In this document: positions 1 through 8,830 of the stretch, piece after piece
How positions within the stretch are numbered: position 1 is the stretch's first letter
Layout: each line of letters begins with the position of its first letter
IMG/VR virus record: IMGVR_UViG_2541047777_000015
Source: a virus
Lineage: Duplodnaviria > Heunggongvirae > Uroviricota > Caudoviricetes
Reading direction: 5' to 3' (one strand)
Length of the DNA stretch: 32,257 bases
The notes under the pieces: generated by a model
Told to the model about the DNA's origin: nothing
Seen by the model: only the letters and a program-made list of their open reading frames with translations
Database searches by the model: none
Translations under genes and position numbers: made by a program

Positions 1-103
1 ATGGCACTGGACAGTTATGCATCTCCGAATATTATTCCGGAGCTAAGACAACCGAATGCCGCAGCAGGTAAGATCACGCTAGGGGGGCTGGACAGAATGG
101 CTG
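1..103 (+). pseudogene. 3' portion of an unidentified gene, interrupted by IS2 (frame resumes at 1440 and ends at TGA 1532-1534)
   Basis: Frame 1 is the only frame open across 1-103. After removing IS2 and one copy of the duplicated GGCTG, the same frame continues for 31 codons to a TGA that overlaps the ATG of the next gene (ATGA). Gene identity unknown; the 5' end lies outside the window. Confidence 0.5.
99..103. repeat. IS2 target-site duplication (GGCTG), left copy
   Basis: Identical 5-mer directly abuts both IS2 termini (99-103 and 1435-1439); IS2 makes 5-bp duplications. Confidence 0.8.
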
Positions 104-114
104 TGGATTTGCCC

Positions 115-1020
115 CTATATTTCCAGACATCTGTTATCACTTAACCCATTACAAGCCCGCTGCCGCAGATATTCCCGTGGCGAGCGATAACCCAGCGCAC
201 TATGCGGATGCCATTCGTTATAATGCTCGAACGCCTCTGCAAGGTTCTTTGCTGCCGTTAACCCGTCTGGTTTGGGCATGATACTGATGTAGTCACGCTT
301 TATCGTTTTCACGAAGCTCTCTGCTATTCCGTTACTCTCCGGACTCCGCACCGCCGTGTTCTTCGGTTCAAGTCCCAACATCCGGGCGAACTGGCGTGTT
401 TCATTAGCCCGGTAGCATGAACCATTATCCGTCAGCCACTCCACTGGAGACGACGGAAGATCGTTGCCGAAGCGGCGTTCCACCGCTCCCAGCATGACGT
501 CCTGTACTGTTTCACTGTTGAAGCCGCCGGTAGTGACCGCCCAGTGCAGTGCCTCACGATCACAGCAGTCCAGCGCGAACGTGACACGCAGTCTCTCTCC
601 GTTATCACAGCAGAACTCGAACCCGTCAGAGCACCATCGCTGATTGCTTTCTTTCACGGCCACTCTGCCTGTATGTGCCCGTTTCGATGGCGGTACAGCA
701 GGTTTTCGCTCAAGCAACAGCGCATTCTGGCGCATGATCCGGTAAACACGTTTGGCATTGATCGCAGGCATACCATCAAGTTCTGCCTGTCTGCGAAGCA
801 GCGCCCATACCCGACGATAACCATACGTGGGCAGCTCTCCGATAACATGGTGTATACGGAGAAGCACATCCGTATCATCAGTGTGACGACTGCGGCGGCC
901 ATCCATCCAGTCATCGGTTCGTCTGAGAATGACGTGCAACTGCGCACGCGACACCCGGAGACAACGGCTGACTAAGCTTACTCCCCATCCCCGGGCAATA
1001 AGGGCGCGTGCGCTATCCAC
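115..1020 (-). CDS. insD: IS2 transposase OrfB (InsD), DDE integrase-core protein
   Basis: 301-aa ORF with retroviral-integrase-like motifs ([17 protein letters not shown]). Its 5' end overlaps insC at an A6G slippery run (minus strand, plus coords 1020-1026) typical of IS3-family -1 frameshift fusion. Confidence 0.85.
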
Positions 1021-1343
1021 TTTTTTGCCCGTCCATATTCAACGGCTTCTTTGAGGAGTTCATTTTCCATCGTTTTCTTGCCGAGCAGGCGCTGGAGTTC
1101 TTTAATCTGCTTCATGGCGGCAGCAAGTTCAGAGGCAGGAACAACCTGTTCTCCGGCGGCGACAGCAGTAAGACTTCCTTCCTGGTATTGCTTACGCCAG
1201 AGAAATAACTGGCTGGCTGCTACACCATGTTGCCGGGCAACGAGGGAGACCGTCATCCCCGGTTCAAAGCTCTGCTGAACAATTGCGATCTTTTCCTGTG
1301 TGGTACGCCGTCTGCGTTTCTCCGGCCCTAAGACATCAATCAT
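978..1343 (-). CDS. insC: IS2 OrfA (InsC), HTH DNA-binding transposase component
   Basis: 121-aa [29 protein letters not shown]... The track ORF (978-1388) is trimmed to the ATG at 1343. Confidence 0.85.
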
Positions 1344-1434
1344 CTGTTCTCCAATGACTAGTCTAAAAACTAGTATTAAGACTATCACTTATTTAAGTGA
1401 TATTGGTTGTCTGGAGATTCAGGGGGCCAGTCTA

Positions 1435-1439
1435 GGCTG
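1435..1439. repeat. IS2 target-site duplication (GGCTG), right copy
   Basis: Second copy of the 5-mer, immediately outside the IS2 end at 1434. Confidence 0.8.
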
Positions 1440-1530
1440 TTACGCCCAGTGTGAAGAAAAGAAGGCTAAGTATGGTAGAATTTCCATACGCACAGACCTT
1501 GTTATCCGACTATACAGCCTGGAAGGCACT

Positions 1531-2319
1531 ATGACAAATCTACAACTGGAAGAAAGATTTAGGGCGCTTGAGAAAGATTACGATGCGCTCATTTCCACAA
1601 AATATACTGCGCAGAACGTTCTCACTCACACTATGGAAACCTATGTTGATTCTGGTAAATATAAAAACTGGATCGCCAGAGTGAAAAAGTTAATAGAGGA
1701 CAGCTACGGAAAAGAGTCTGATTATTACAATGACTTCAATACTGTAAACAGCAGGTGGTCTTCTAATTACAATACACTGATCAAAAGTTATAAACCGTTG
1801 TTTGATGCGGCGAGAGATGATCTTGCGCACTCTGCTGTCAGTACTAATACTCCTCAAGAAGGTTCGCCGCTGAGCCTCGTACTTAATATTCTTAACAGGT
1901 TTCCGACCTTTGTTCGCCAGTTAAAGAGGCGGTACAACGGCCGTGCGCCGCTTGAAGTTAATGATGAGTATGACGTACAGGATTTGATTTATGCACTGCT
2001 GACGCTTCATTTTAATGATATTAGGGCGGAAGAGTATACCCCCAGCTTTGCGGGCGCGGCCTCAAGACAGGACTTTCTTTTGAAAAAAGAGAAAATTGTG
2101 ATAGAGGTGAAGAAAACCCGTGAATCTCTGGGAGCGGGTAAAGTTGGTGGAGAGTTGCTTATTGATATGGCGCGCTACCGCGCTCACCAAGACTGCGATA
2201 CGTTGATCTTGTTTGTATATGACCCGGATTGCTACATAAATAATCCTTTGGGCGTGAAAACCGATCTGGAATCTAAAGACGCGGAAGGAAAAGTGAAGGT
2301 TGTTATTGCGCAGTTCTGA
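1531..2319 (+). CDS. hypothetical protein with PD-(D/E)XK-like C-terminal region (putative nuclease); second gene of an IS2-split operon
   Basis: ATG at 1531 preceded by GGAAGG; 262 aa. The N-terminal part looks helical (LEERFRALEKDYDAL); the C-terminal part has acidic-then-ExK spacing (EYDVQDLIYALL ... EKIVIEVKK) suggestive of a restriction-endonuclease-like fold. The start overlaps the stop of the upstream frame (ATGA). The track start at 1300 lies inside IS2 and is rejected. Family not recognised. Confidence 0.7.
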   Translation: MTNLQLEERFRALEKDYDALISTKYTAQNVLTHTMETYVDSGKYKNWIARVKKLIEDSYGKESDYYNDFNTVNSRWSSNYNTLIKSYKPLFDAARDDLAHSAVSTNTPQEGSPLSLVLNILNRFPTFVRQLKRRYNGRAPLEVNDEYDVQDLIYALLTLHFNDIRAEEYTPSFAGAASRQDFLLKKEKIVIEVKKTRESLGAGKVGGELLIDMARYRAHQDCDTLILFVYDPDCYINNPLGVKTDLESKDAEGKVKVVIAQF

Positions 2320-2352
2320 CACGCTTAAGTGTCACCTTACAGGATTAGGTTT

Positions 2353-2400
2353 GCGGCCGTGCCAGCAGGACGAGCATGAAAAAGGCCGCTGGCACGGCCG
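2353..2400. terminator. stem-loop between convergent genes (putative terminator)
   Basis: 13-bp perfect inverted repeat CGGCCGTGCCAGC / GCTGGCACGGCCG with an 18-21 nt loop, followed on the plus strand by a T-rich stretch (GATTTGTCATCTTTG). Lies between the stop of 1531-2319 (+) and the stop of 2407-2700 (-). Confidence 0.5.
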
Positions 2401-2406
2401 GATTTG

Positions 2407-2700
2407 TCATCTTTGCCAGGTCAAATCAAAATCTACGTGAAAATCCGCAGGCTTAAGCTCGCAACTGCCACCACGCCCAATTAACGACGTTATGTTTACA
2501 ACGTTTGAACCTGTTGAGATGGCAAGTTGAGTGTCATCTGTAAACGTGATGATTAGCATTTCAGTCTGATGAACCTGTACTCCAGTTTTCTGAAAACCAA
2601 TCTGGACAGATTTCACCGTTTTCCCAACCATTTCACGGGCTTGATTGATAGAGTAATTAGCTTCAACTTGTAGGTCATTCCTGAACTTGGGTAGTGTCAT
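2407..2700 (-). CDS. hypothetical protein (97 aa)
   Basis: ATG at 2700 with a strong RBS (AAGAGGA, 7 nt spacing). Predicted beta-rich small protein; no family recognised. Confidence 0.7.
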   Translation of the reverse strand: MTLPKFRNDLQVEANYSINQAREMVGKTVKSVQIGFQKTGVQVHQTEMLIITFTDDTQLAISTGSNVVNITSLIGRGGSCELKPADFHVDFDLTWQR

Positions 2701-2910
2701 TTTACATCCTCTTTAGTGAAGTTTTCGCTATTTAAATCAGCAGCATTCCTTTTAAATCACTGGCATGTCAGCAGTGGATAGTCTGAGTGTAACGTCCAGT
2801 GAGGGGAATAAATATTGGTCAGACTTTGCACAAAAGAGCCAACTATCGCGGGCTCTCTCTCATCATGTGCGAAAATTGACCACAATATGAAATCCAGTTC
2901 CATTCCGAAA

Positions 2911-3746
<836 letters not shown>

Positions 3747-3809
3747 CTTATAATCCCTACTAGTTAGCATTATGATTTCCAGAGTGAGGAATATAAAAAT
3801 CTCTGTTTC

Positions 3810-3891
3810 TGGCACATAACAGCCCTTAAGATCGTAGCTCGCCATCATGGGGTGTCGGGGGGCGGAGGTTCAAATCCTCTCGTGCCGACCA
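3810..3891 (+). tRNA. tRNA-Pro-like partial/degenerate copy (3' half canonical), probable att-site copy, not a functional tRNA
   Basis: 3845-3891 reads TCATGGGGTGTCGGGGGGCGGAGGTTCAAATCCTCTCGTGCCGACCA: anticodon-loop-like AUGGGGU, T-arm GGAGG/TTCAAAT/CCTCT, acceptor 3' strand and CCA, matching my recollection of E. coli tRNA-Pro(GGG). The 5' part (3810-3844) only loosely resembles a tRNA 5' half (no D-arm, extra bases), so no cloverleaf forms. Confidence 0.55.
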
Positions 3892-3904
3892 AAAATCCCT
3901 TAAG

Positions 3905-3931
3905 AACCAGCCTATTATGGCTGGTTTTTTT
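3905..3931 (+). terminator. rho-independent terminator
   Basis: AACCAGCC-TATTAT-GGCTGGTT stem-loop followed by a run of 7 T, directly downstream of the tRNA-like 3' end. Confidence 0.75.
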
Positions 3932-4071
3932 ATGATTGTTTTTTATGCGGAGAAATACCGGGGAATAATTGGGGTAAAACACCTTTAGGCTATTCACTTA
4001 GCCTACCACCATCAAAATCTTTCCGAATGTATCCATCTCTTTTTTCTTATGCAGCTAAAACGAAGTCTTGA

Positions 4072-4119
4072 TACTGTTTATTTACACAGATAAGAATAAT
4101 ACTGTCTACAAACGCAGTA
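4072..4119 (+). promoter_or_regulatory. tandem LexA (SOS) boxes in the dinI-like promoter region
   Basis: TACTGTTTATTTACACAGAT (4072-4091) and TACTGTCTACAAACGCAGTA (4100-4119) both fit CTGT-N8-ACAG / CTG-N10-CAG. A TTGATA -35-like hexamer lies at 4067-4072. Confidence 0.65.
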
Positions 4120-4132
4120 CAAAAGAAGTGTT

Positions 4133-4311
4133 ATGCGTATTGAGATCTCCATAGCCAAAGACAAAATGACCAAATGCCAAACGGCGCTGTGGACGCGTTA
4201 AAGGAAGAATTAACCCAACACATTGGCAAGCGTTATGACGATGTGGAGATGATCGTAAAAGCCACCAGCAACGATAGTTTTTCAGTTAGACATACTGCAG
4301 ATAAAGATTGA
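4133..4311 (+). pseudogene. dinI-family (DNA-damage-inducible protein I-like) gene, frameshifted and C-terminally short
   Basis: ATG 4133 gives [22 protein letters not shown] (stop 4199-4201). A second frame from 4174 gives [45 protein letters not shown] (stop 4309-4311). Joined, they align with DinI (MRIEVTIAKTSPLPAGAIDALAGELSRR...), implying a 1-nt indel near 4165-4175. Confidence 0.6.
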
Positions 4312-4735
4312 GCTAAAACTTTCGTTCAGGAAACTCTGAATGATACCTGAGAGTCTACTGAAGAGTTGTTTGTTCACTAGTTAGCACGTAGGAAATCATT
4401 CAATACTCGCACTATCGGAAGTTCACCAGCCAGTCGTAGCACGTCCTTGCAAACGACGTGCCTACGGTTTCAATCACCTCTCACCATCAATTCTATCAAT
4501 AATAATTAAACAGCGCCTAGACAAAATAAATAACAACAAGTCAACAACCTCGACAGGATGCCGATGGGATGATGAAGAGATAAGAAAGAATAACCAGTAA
4601 AGCCCTAAAACGTCAGCGTTCAGACGCGTTTTTTACTTAATCGGTAACAAATACGTTGTATCATAGCAAAATAAAATGATTGTTCTAAATCAGATTAACT
4701 CCTCACTTTTGTACAATGTCGCTTACAGGTATACC

Positions 4736-6625
4736 ATGAAATCCGAGACGCTAACTGTCCAACAACTTTTTCAAGACCGCCGACAATACTGTGTTCCATT
4801 CTATCAACGTGCCTATGTATGGACTCAGCAAGACCAGTGGTCAGCTCTACTGGAGGATATCCTAGAGAAAGTACAATCCCGGCTCTCGGGTACAAAACCA
4901 ACTCCCCATTTCCTTGGTGCGGTTGTACTGGAACCTCAATCAAAAAAAGGATTATTAGGTGTAGATTCCATACATATTATTGATGGTCAGCAACGATTGA
5001 CCACTCTTCAATATGTTCTGGCATCCATCCGATTAGCATTACGTGCTACGGATCTTTCCAGCTTAGAGGCTCTCATTTCGCCTTGCCTGAAAAACTCAAA
5101 CGAAGACACAATGCGAAATAAAGAAGTAGAACGCTTCAAACTGTGGCCAACTTTTCGGGATCAAACTCATTTTATTCAAAGTTTTAATGTTGAAAATATT
5201 GACGATCTCCGGGACGTATTCTCTGATAGTTTCACGCAGCATGGTACGTTGCGTAAGCATTTTAATCACCCGCCATCACTAGAAGCATTATGTTTTTTTA
5301 CTGAAGCCTTTATAAAATGGATTAAAATAGAAAACCACTCACCACAAGAAAATGCTGTAGCTCTAATTGAGGCTGTCTTAACAGATCTGAAACTGGCAAG
5401 CATATTTCTCGAAGCTGAAGATGATGCCCAAATAATTTTTGAAACATTAAATGGGCGAGGGGCGGAACTTCATGCTACGGATCTTATTCGCAACTATATC
5501 TTTATGTGCGCTGAGCATGAAAATATTAATGCTATTGAATTATATGAAAATGAGTGGAAGAGCTTTGAAGATAAATACTGGTCGGAAAAACAACGCCGTG
5601 GACGTATTAATAAACCACGCATGGAGTGGCTAGTACATGCGACATTGCAATCAGAAAGGCAACGTGAAATTGATCTGTCTCGCCTTTACAATGAGTATCG
5701 TGATTATGTAAGTAAGGACTTGTCTTCACAACGAGCAGATCTGCAAGTAAAGCGCCTCAAACAATATGCATCACAATATAAAGAATTGGTTGATGGTTTT
5801 GGCACAACCCCCATCTCACACTTTGGATATCGCATCGCAGACTATGATGTGACGACACTTTATCCGCTTGCTTTGTTCATTTCGATAGCTAACATCGCTG
5901 ATGATGAGAAAGCAGCCATGTATAATGATCTTGTCTCCTACGTAGTACGAAGAGCCGTATGTGGCCTGACGCCAAAGAATTACAACAATGTATTTATGAA
6001 TGTATTGCGGCACTTGGCTAAAACGGAAATTTCCAGTGTTGAGTTACGTAATATCCTCAATAACTTAAATGGCGAAGCCTCACGTTGGCCTGGTGACTCA
6101 GAATTTCTCAACGCTTGCATCAATGCTCCACTTTATCCTGGCAGGCTCGACGCACCGAAAATGCGCTCAATGTTAACGGAACTTGAAAGAGAACTTTGTC
6201 GCCAAGTAAAGACAGAAAAGCCTGATGTTCCAAATCTTTCTAATCTCGATATCGATCATCTTATGCCTCAAAGTTGGTATTCCTGTTGGCCTCTCGAAAA
6301 TGGTCGTATGGTGACAAATTCAGATGCTACGGTATTGAACCAAATTGTTCTGTCTGGAACCGATCTTACCCCTGAACAGCTACTGGTAAGGAAACGGCAA
6401 CAAGCGATATCTACTTTGGGAAATCTAACTTTGCTTAACCTTAGCGTAAACCGTTCTGTTCAGAATGCTGTATTTCTGAAAAAACGTGATGCTCTCATCG
6501 TCCACACCAATCTACGACTGAACATTCCACTTATAGTTAAGGATAAATGGGATGAGGATGAAATCCTGGAGCGGGGTAAAAAGTTGGGGGAAATTGCATT
6601 GAAAGTATGGCCAAAACACGATTAA
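4736..6625 (+). CDS. GmrSD-family type IV (modification-dependent) restriction endonuclease, DUF262 (ParB-like NTPase) + DUF1524 (His-Me finger)
   Basis: 629 aa. N-terminal DUF262 motifs (YCVPFYQRAYVW; IIFETLNGRGAELHATDLIRNYIF) and C-terminal DUF1524-like motifs (DIDHLMPQSW; LGNLTLLNLSVNRS). ATG at 4736 with AGG 7 nt upstream; the track ORF starts at 4676. Confidence 0.85.
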   Translation: MKSETLTVQQLFQDRRQYCVPFYQRAYVWTQQDQWSALLEDILEKVQSRLSGTKPTPHFLGAVVLEPQSKKGLLGVDSIHIIDGQQRLTTLQYVLASIRLALRATDLSSLEALISPCLKNSNEDTMRNKEVERFKLWPTFRDQTHFIQSFNVENIDDLRDVFSDSFTQHGTLRKHFNHPPSLEALCFFTEAFIKWIKIENHSPQENAVALIEAVLTDLKLASIFLEAEDDAQIIFETLNGRGAELHATDLIRNYIFMCAEHENINAIELYENEWKSFEDKYWSEKQRRGRINKPRMEWLVHATLQSERQREIDLSRLYNEYRDYVSKDLSSQRADLQVKRLKQYASQYKELVDGFGTTPISHFGYRIADYDVTTLYPLALFISIANIADDEKAAMYNDLVSYVVRRAVCGLTPKNYNNVFMNVLRHLAKTEISSVELRNILNNLNGEASRWPGDSEFLNACINAPLYPGRLDAPKMRSMLTELERELCRQVKTEKPDVPNLSNLDIDHLMPQSWYSCWPLENGRMVTNSDATVLNQIVLSGTDLTPEQLLVRKRQQAISTLGNLTLLNLSVNRSVQNAVFLKKRDALIVHTNLRLNIPLIVKDKWDEDEILERGKKLGEIALKVWPKHD

Positions 6626-6649
6626 TGCAATTAATAAAATGATTATAGT

Positions 6650-6669
6650 GGCCTTACATTAGTAAGGCC
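6650..6669. terminator. stem-loop downstream of the GmrSD-like gene (possible terminator)
   Basis: GGCCTTAC-ATTA-GTAAGGCC, 8-bp stem. No clean T-run on the plus strand; A/T-rich flank on the minus strand. Confidence 0.4.
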
Positions 6670-6720
6670 GCTACTCACTATTAAATACTTTAATTTGCAT
6701 CAAGAACAGCAGTGTCAGCC

Positions 6721-6849
6721 CTAGGTCTCGGACTTTGTACCGCTTATCTTGTCTTCAAAAATCAGCTCGCATCCTGCACAGTTCAGCGCATTACGTTGTA
6801 GATCTGTGTTCTGGTCATTTGTTGACACACGTACATAGCCAATAAGCAT
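6721..6849 (-). pseudogene. pin: Pin/Gin/Hin-family DNA invertase (serine recombinase), N-terminal 42-codon remnant
   Basis: Minus-strand ATG at 6849 encodes MLIGYVRVSTNDQNTDLQRNALNCAGCELIFEDKISGTKSET*, matching the invertase N-terminus including the catalytic-serine motif YVRVSTNDQ. The frame stops at 6721-6723; the remaining ~140 codons are absent. Confidence 0.8.
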
Positions 6850-6875
6850 GGTAGATCTCCCTGACAAAAGCAGGA

Positions 6876-7370
6876 ATGATGCCATTTGCTCGTTATTTCT
6901 GCATTTTCATAAACGTTGGTTTGGGAGAAGCCTCAAAATTGAATGTGGGTATGCCGGAAAAACGGCCCCCTGATATGCCGCTCTCAACCGGTATGAGATG
7001 CAATGGAGAGTCTTTTTTTGCTGAAGAAGACGGGCAAATGGCTAAGGCTTATACGGTAAATATATGGCGTGCAGTGGGTGTTGAGGTTATTCCTGGTTGT
7101 GATTATGGGCGCACCGGTTATTCTAGGTGTTCTGTTCCCTCAACAACATTGCCCTCTGTAGTTCCTAATAATGTGCTGGTAGTTATCCCTTCGGGATCTA
7201 CAAGCGCTTATGGTGCTAAATTTACCGATACTGCAGGTTTTGAAGCGACGAGGGGTAATATTATTGCCAGCAACGGGAGGGATCATTCCATTTTGTTCAA
7301 AGTCGCCATAACCCTGATTGCAGCCCGTCCTCGCGACATTAGAGTCAACTCTATCGTGATTGGAGGGTAA
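6876..7370 (+). CDS. alternative tail-fibre variable C-terminal segment (S'v-like) inside the invertible segment
   Basis: The ORF begins in the left crossover repeat; residues VGLGEASKLNVG repeat the [12 protein letters not shown] encoded at the end of the constant tail-fibre ORF. It can only be fused to the constant part after inversion. Confidence 0.55.
   Translation: MMPFARYFCIFINVGLGEASKLNVGMPEKRPPDMPLSTGMRCNGESFFAEEDGQMAKAYTVNIWRAVGVEVIPGCDYGRTGYSRCSVPSTTLPSVVPNNVLVVIPSGSTSAYGAKFTDTAGFEATRGNIIASNGRDHSILFKVAITLIAARPRDIRVNSIVIGG
6904..6929. repeat. hix/gix-like inversion crossover site (left, inverted relative to 8831-8856)
   Basis: Reverse complement TTCTCCCAAACC-AA-CGTTTATGAAAA resembles the 26-bp hix consensus TTATCAAAAACC-AA-GGTTTTTGATAA. 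A ~45-bp inverted repeat with 8805-8848 shares a 16-bp identical core TTGGTTTGGGAGAAGC. It lies ~55 bp upstream of the pin remnant. Confidence 0.6.
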
Positions 7371-8830
7371 TGGATAAAGCAATATTCTATAGACGCGTTA
7401 GTACAACAATTGAACTGCATGTTTTGTTTTATAAATATGAGGATGAAGGTCCGCATCATAATGACATTTTAAAAAAATATCTTGCAGTAGGTGAGCATTT
7501 CCCGGGACTTTCCCGACTAGGTACAGAAGGTAGCCATGACGCTGCTGGTGGTCTATTTCGGTTTATGTCTCTACCTTCATCGGAAGAGGATCAGGTGTAT
7601 ACGGGTGAAATCGTCAAAATATCCTAGGTGTGAGAATTAAAAACATACACCACACCCGGTCAGTACCCTGACAATACTGCCACTGTTCGCCCATTAGCCG
7701 CATAAGATGAGTAAGATGGTTCGAGGCGGGATTCCCAGGCTGCACCGGAGCTTATCGATGCAGTCTACGCGGCAGAAGTAGAATGGCATTCACCTCTGGC
7801 TGCTGCAGTCAGTTGCAATCCTGCGCTTTGGCTGTATTTATTGCCCGGACGGAATCAGTTTAATGCAGAACAAAGTTGAGCTGGGTTTTTTCTGGATGAC
7901 ATAGACGCGGTGCCGGCAACAAATTCCGGCGAATCAGACGGAGGCAACCGACTTGAGCTGCAGGAAGTGTCGGACGTTCAATTTCTGGCGCGTATACTGC
8001 GGCGATCTGTTCTGCCGCAGCAACGGACTCCAACCTCTCATCATACTACTTATCGTACTCCCTTATCGGAGGAACAGTGGTAGCATTGTCAGGGCACTGA
8101 CCGGTTGCTATGAAGGGATTGACTTCTGAAGTCTAAGAGATATAGACGATTTCAGCGGGCTGGTCTTCCACATATTTCCAAGAAGTTGGAGTCTCAGACC
8201 GTAATGTCGGATATCAACCGTCATGTCCAATTGGTTTCCCTAGTGAGTGCAGTGCAGGAAATCGATCACATATGTCTATAGTATTTCTAGTAATAGCAAC
8301 AGAATGCGTTGTCTCACCATCATAGTCATGAACGATATCATCCACTTCCTTTCTAGTAACTACGGGTGTAATGAATACTGCTTTCTTCATTACCCTGCAC
8401 TCATTAACTAGTTGACGGCGATGTCGCAAGGAAAGGTAGCGTCCGGTTTAATGGCCACTGTACACACCACGGACTTGTTATCCCTGTTAGCAACGATAGT
8501 GTAAACCGCCGTCGCTCAAATACCTGCTAAATTACTGGATACACCACCATAAGCGGTTGAAGTTCCCAGGGGGATAACTAGCACCACATAAATAGTAACT
8601 ACAAATGGCACTTTTGTTGAGGCCACAGAACGCCTTTTATAAACTGCGCGCCCATCATCCCAATCAGTAATTCACTTCCCAGCCAATTGACGCAATATAC
8701 TTGCCGTAACCACCTTTGTCAGTTCCGGGTAAGGTTCAGGAATAACAGAAGTACCGTTGCAATTCGGACCCCCCGTGGAAGACGTGTCTGAAGGTCATTG
8801 AACACGGATACCAACATTTAATTTTGCCGC
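6930..8830. other. invertible tail-fibre segment (G/P-segment-like), largely decayed
   Basis: Bounded by the inverted hix/gix-like sites. Contains the S'v-like ORF and a small ORF on the plus strand; the minus-strand region 7630-8795 has only short, stop-interrupted frames. Confidence 0.55.
7370..7627 (+). CDS. hypothetical protein (85 aa), possibly a tail-fibre assembly chaperone remnant
   Basis: ATG overlaps the stop of the S'v-like ORF (TAATG), which is the usual position of a tail-fibre assembly gene. No family recognised. Confidence 0.4.
   Translation: MDKAIFYRRVSTTIELHVLFYKYEDEGPHHNDILKKYLAVGEHFPGLSRLGTEGSHDAAGGLFRFMSLPSSEEDQVYTGEIVKIS

Larger units (their letters stand above)
104..1434 (-). 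mobile_element. IS2 insertion sequence (IS3 family), complete 1331-bp copy
   Basis: Termini read as IS2 inverted repeats (TGGATTTGCCCCTATATTTCCAGACA... at 104; ...TGGAGATTCAGGGGGCCAGTCTA ending 1434). Length 1331 bp, flanked by direct repeat GGCTG, carries insC and insD on the minus strand. Confidence 0.9.

Noticed and set aside
544-1278. Track ORFs 544-975(+), 654-947(-), 1008-1208(+), 1051-1278(+)
   Set aside because: All lie inside IS2 on the opposite strand or in alternative frames of insC/insD; shadow ORFs.
1452-1481. Extended -10-like promoter (TGgTAGAAT) just right of the IS2 junction
   Set aside because: It lies inside the reading frame of the interrupted upstream gene and the -35 is poor; it cannot be distinguished from chance, so it is noted only as a possible internal promoter.
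1300-1530. N-terminal extension of the 1300-2319 track ORF
   Set aside because: The extension starts inside the IS2 terminal repeat and crosses the insertion junction. The ATG at 1531 with a GGAAGG upstream and ATGA overlap with the upstream frame is the credible start.
3810-3891. A complete functional tRNA-Pro gene
   Set aside because: Only the 3' ~47 nt are canonical; the 5' part cannot form a D-arm and pairs imperfectly in the acceptor stem, so it is treated as a partial att-type copy.
3845-3891. The tRNA-like copy as the attachment site of the visible Mu/HK97-type prophage
   Set aside because: The copy is oriented opposite to what a tail-end att copy of this minus-strand prophage would require. 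It is left unresolved rather than asserted; it more likely bounds the element to its left.
7140-7382. 80-aa minus-strand ORF
   Set aside because: Antisense to the S'v-like ORF, no start context; shadow ORF.
7370-7627. Invertase-like N-terminus (…YRRVSTT…) in the 85-aa ORF
   Set aside because: Resemblance limited to a few residues; the genuine invertase remnant (MLIGYVRVSTNDQ…) is on the minus strand at 6721-6849.
8214-8429. 71-aa minus-strand ORF inside the invertible segment
   Set aside because: Sits in the decayed arm with no recognisable domain or RBS; likely a fragment of a pseudogenised fibre or assembly gene rather than a functional gene.
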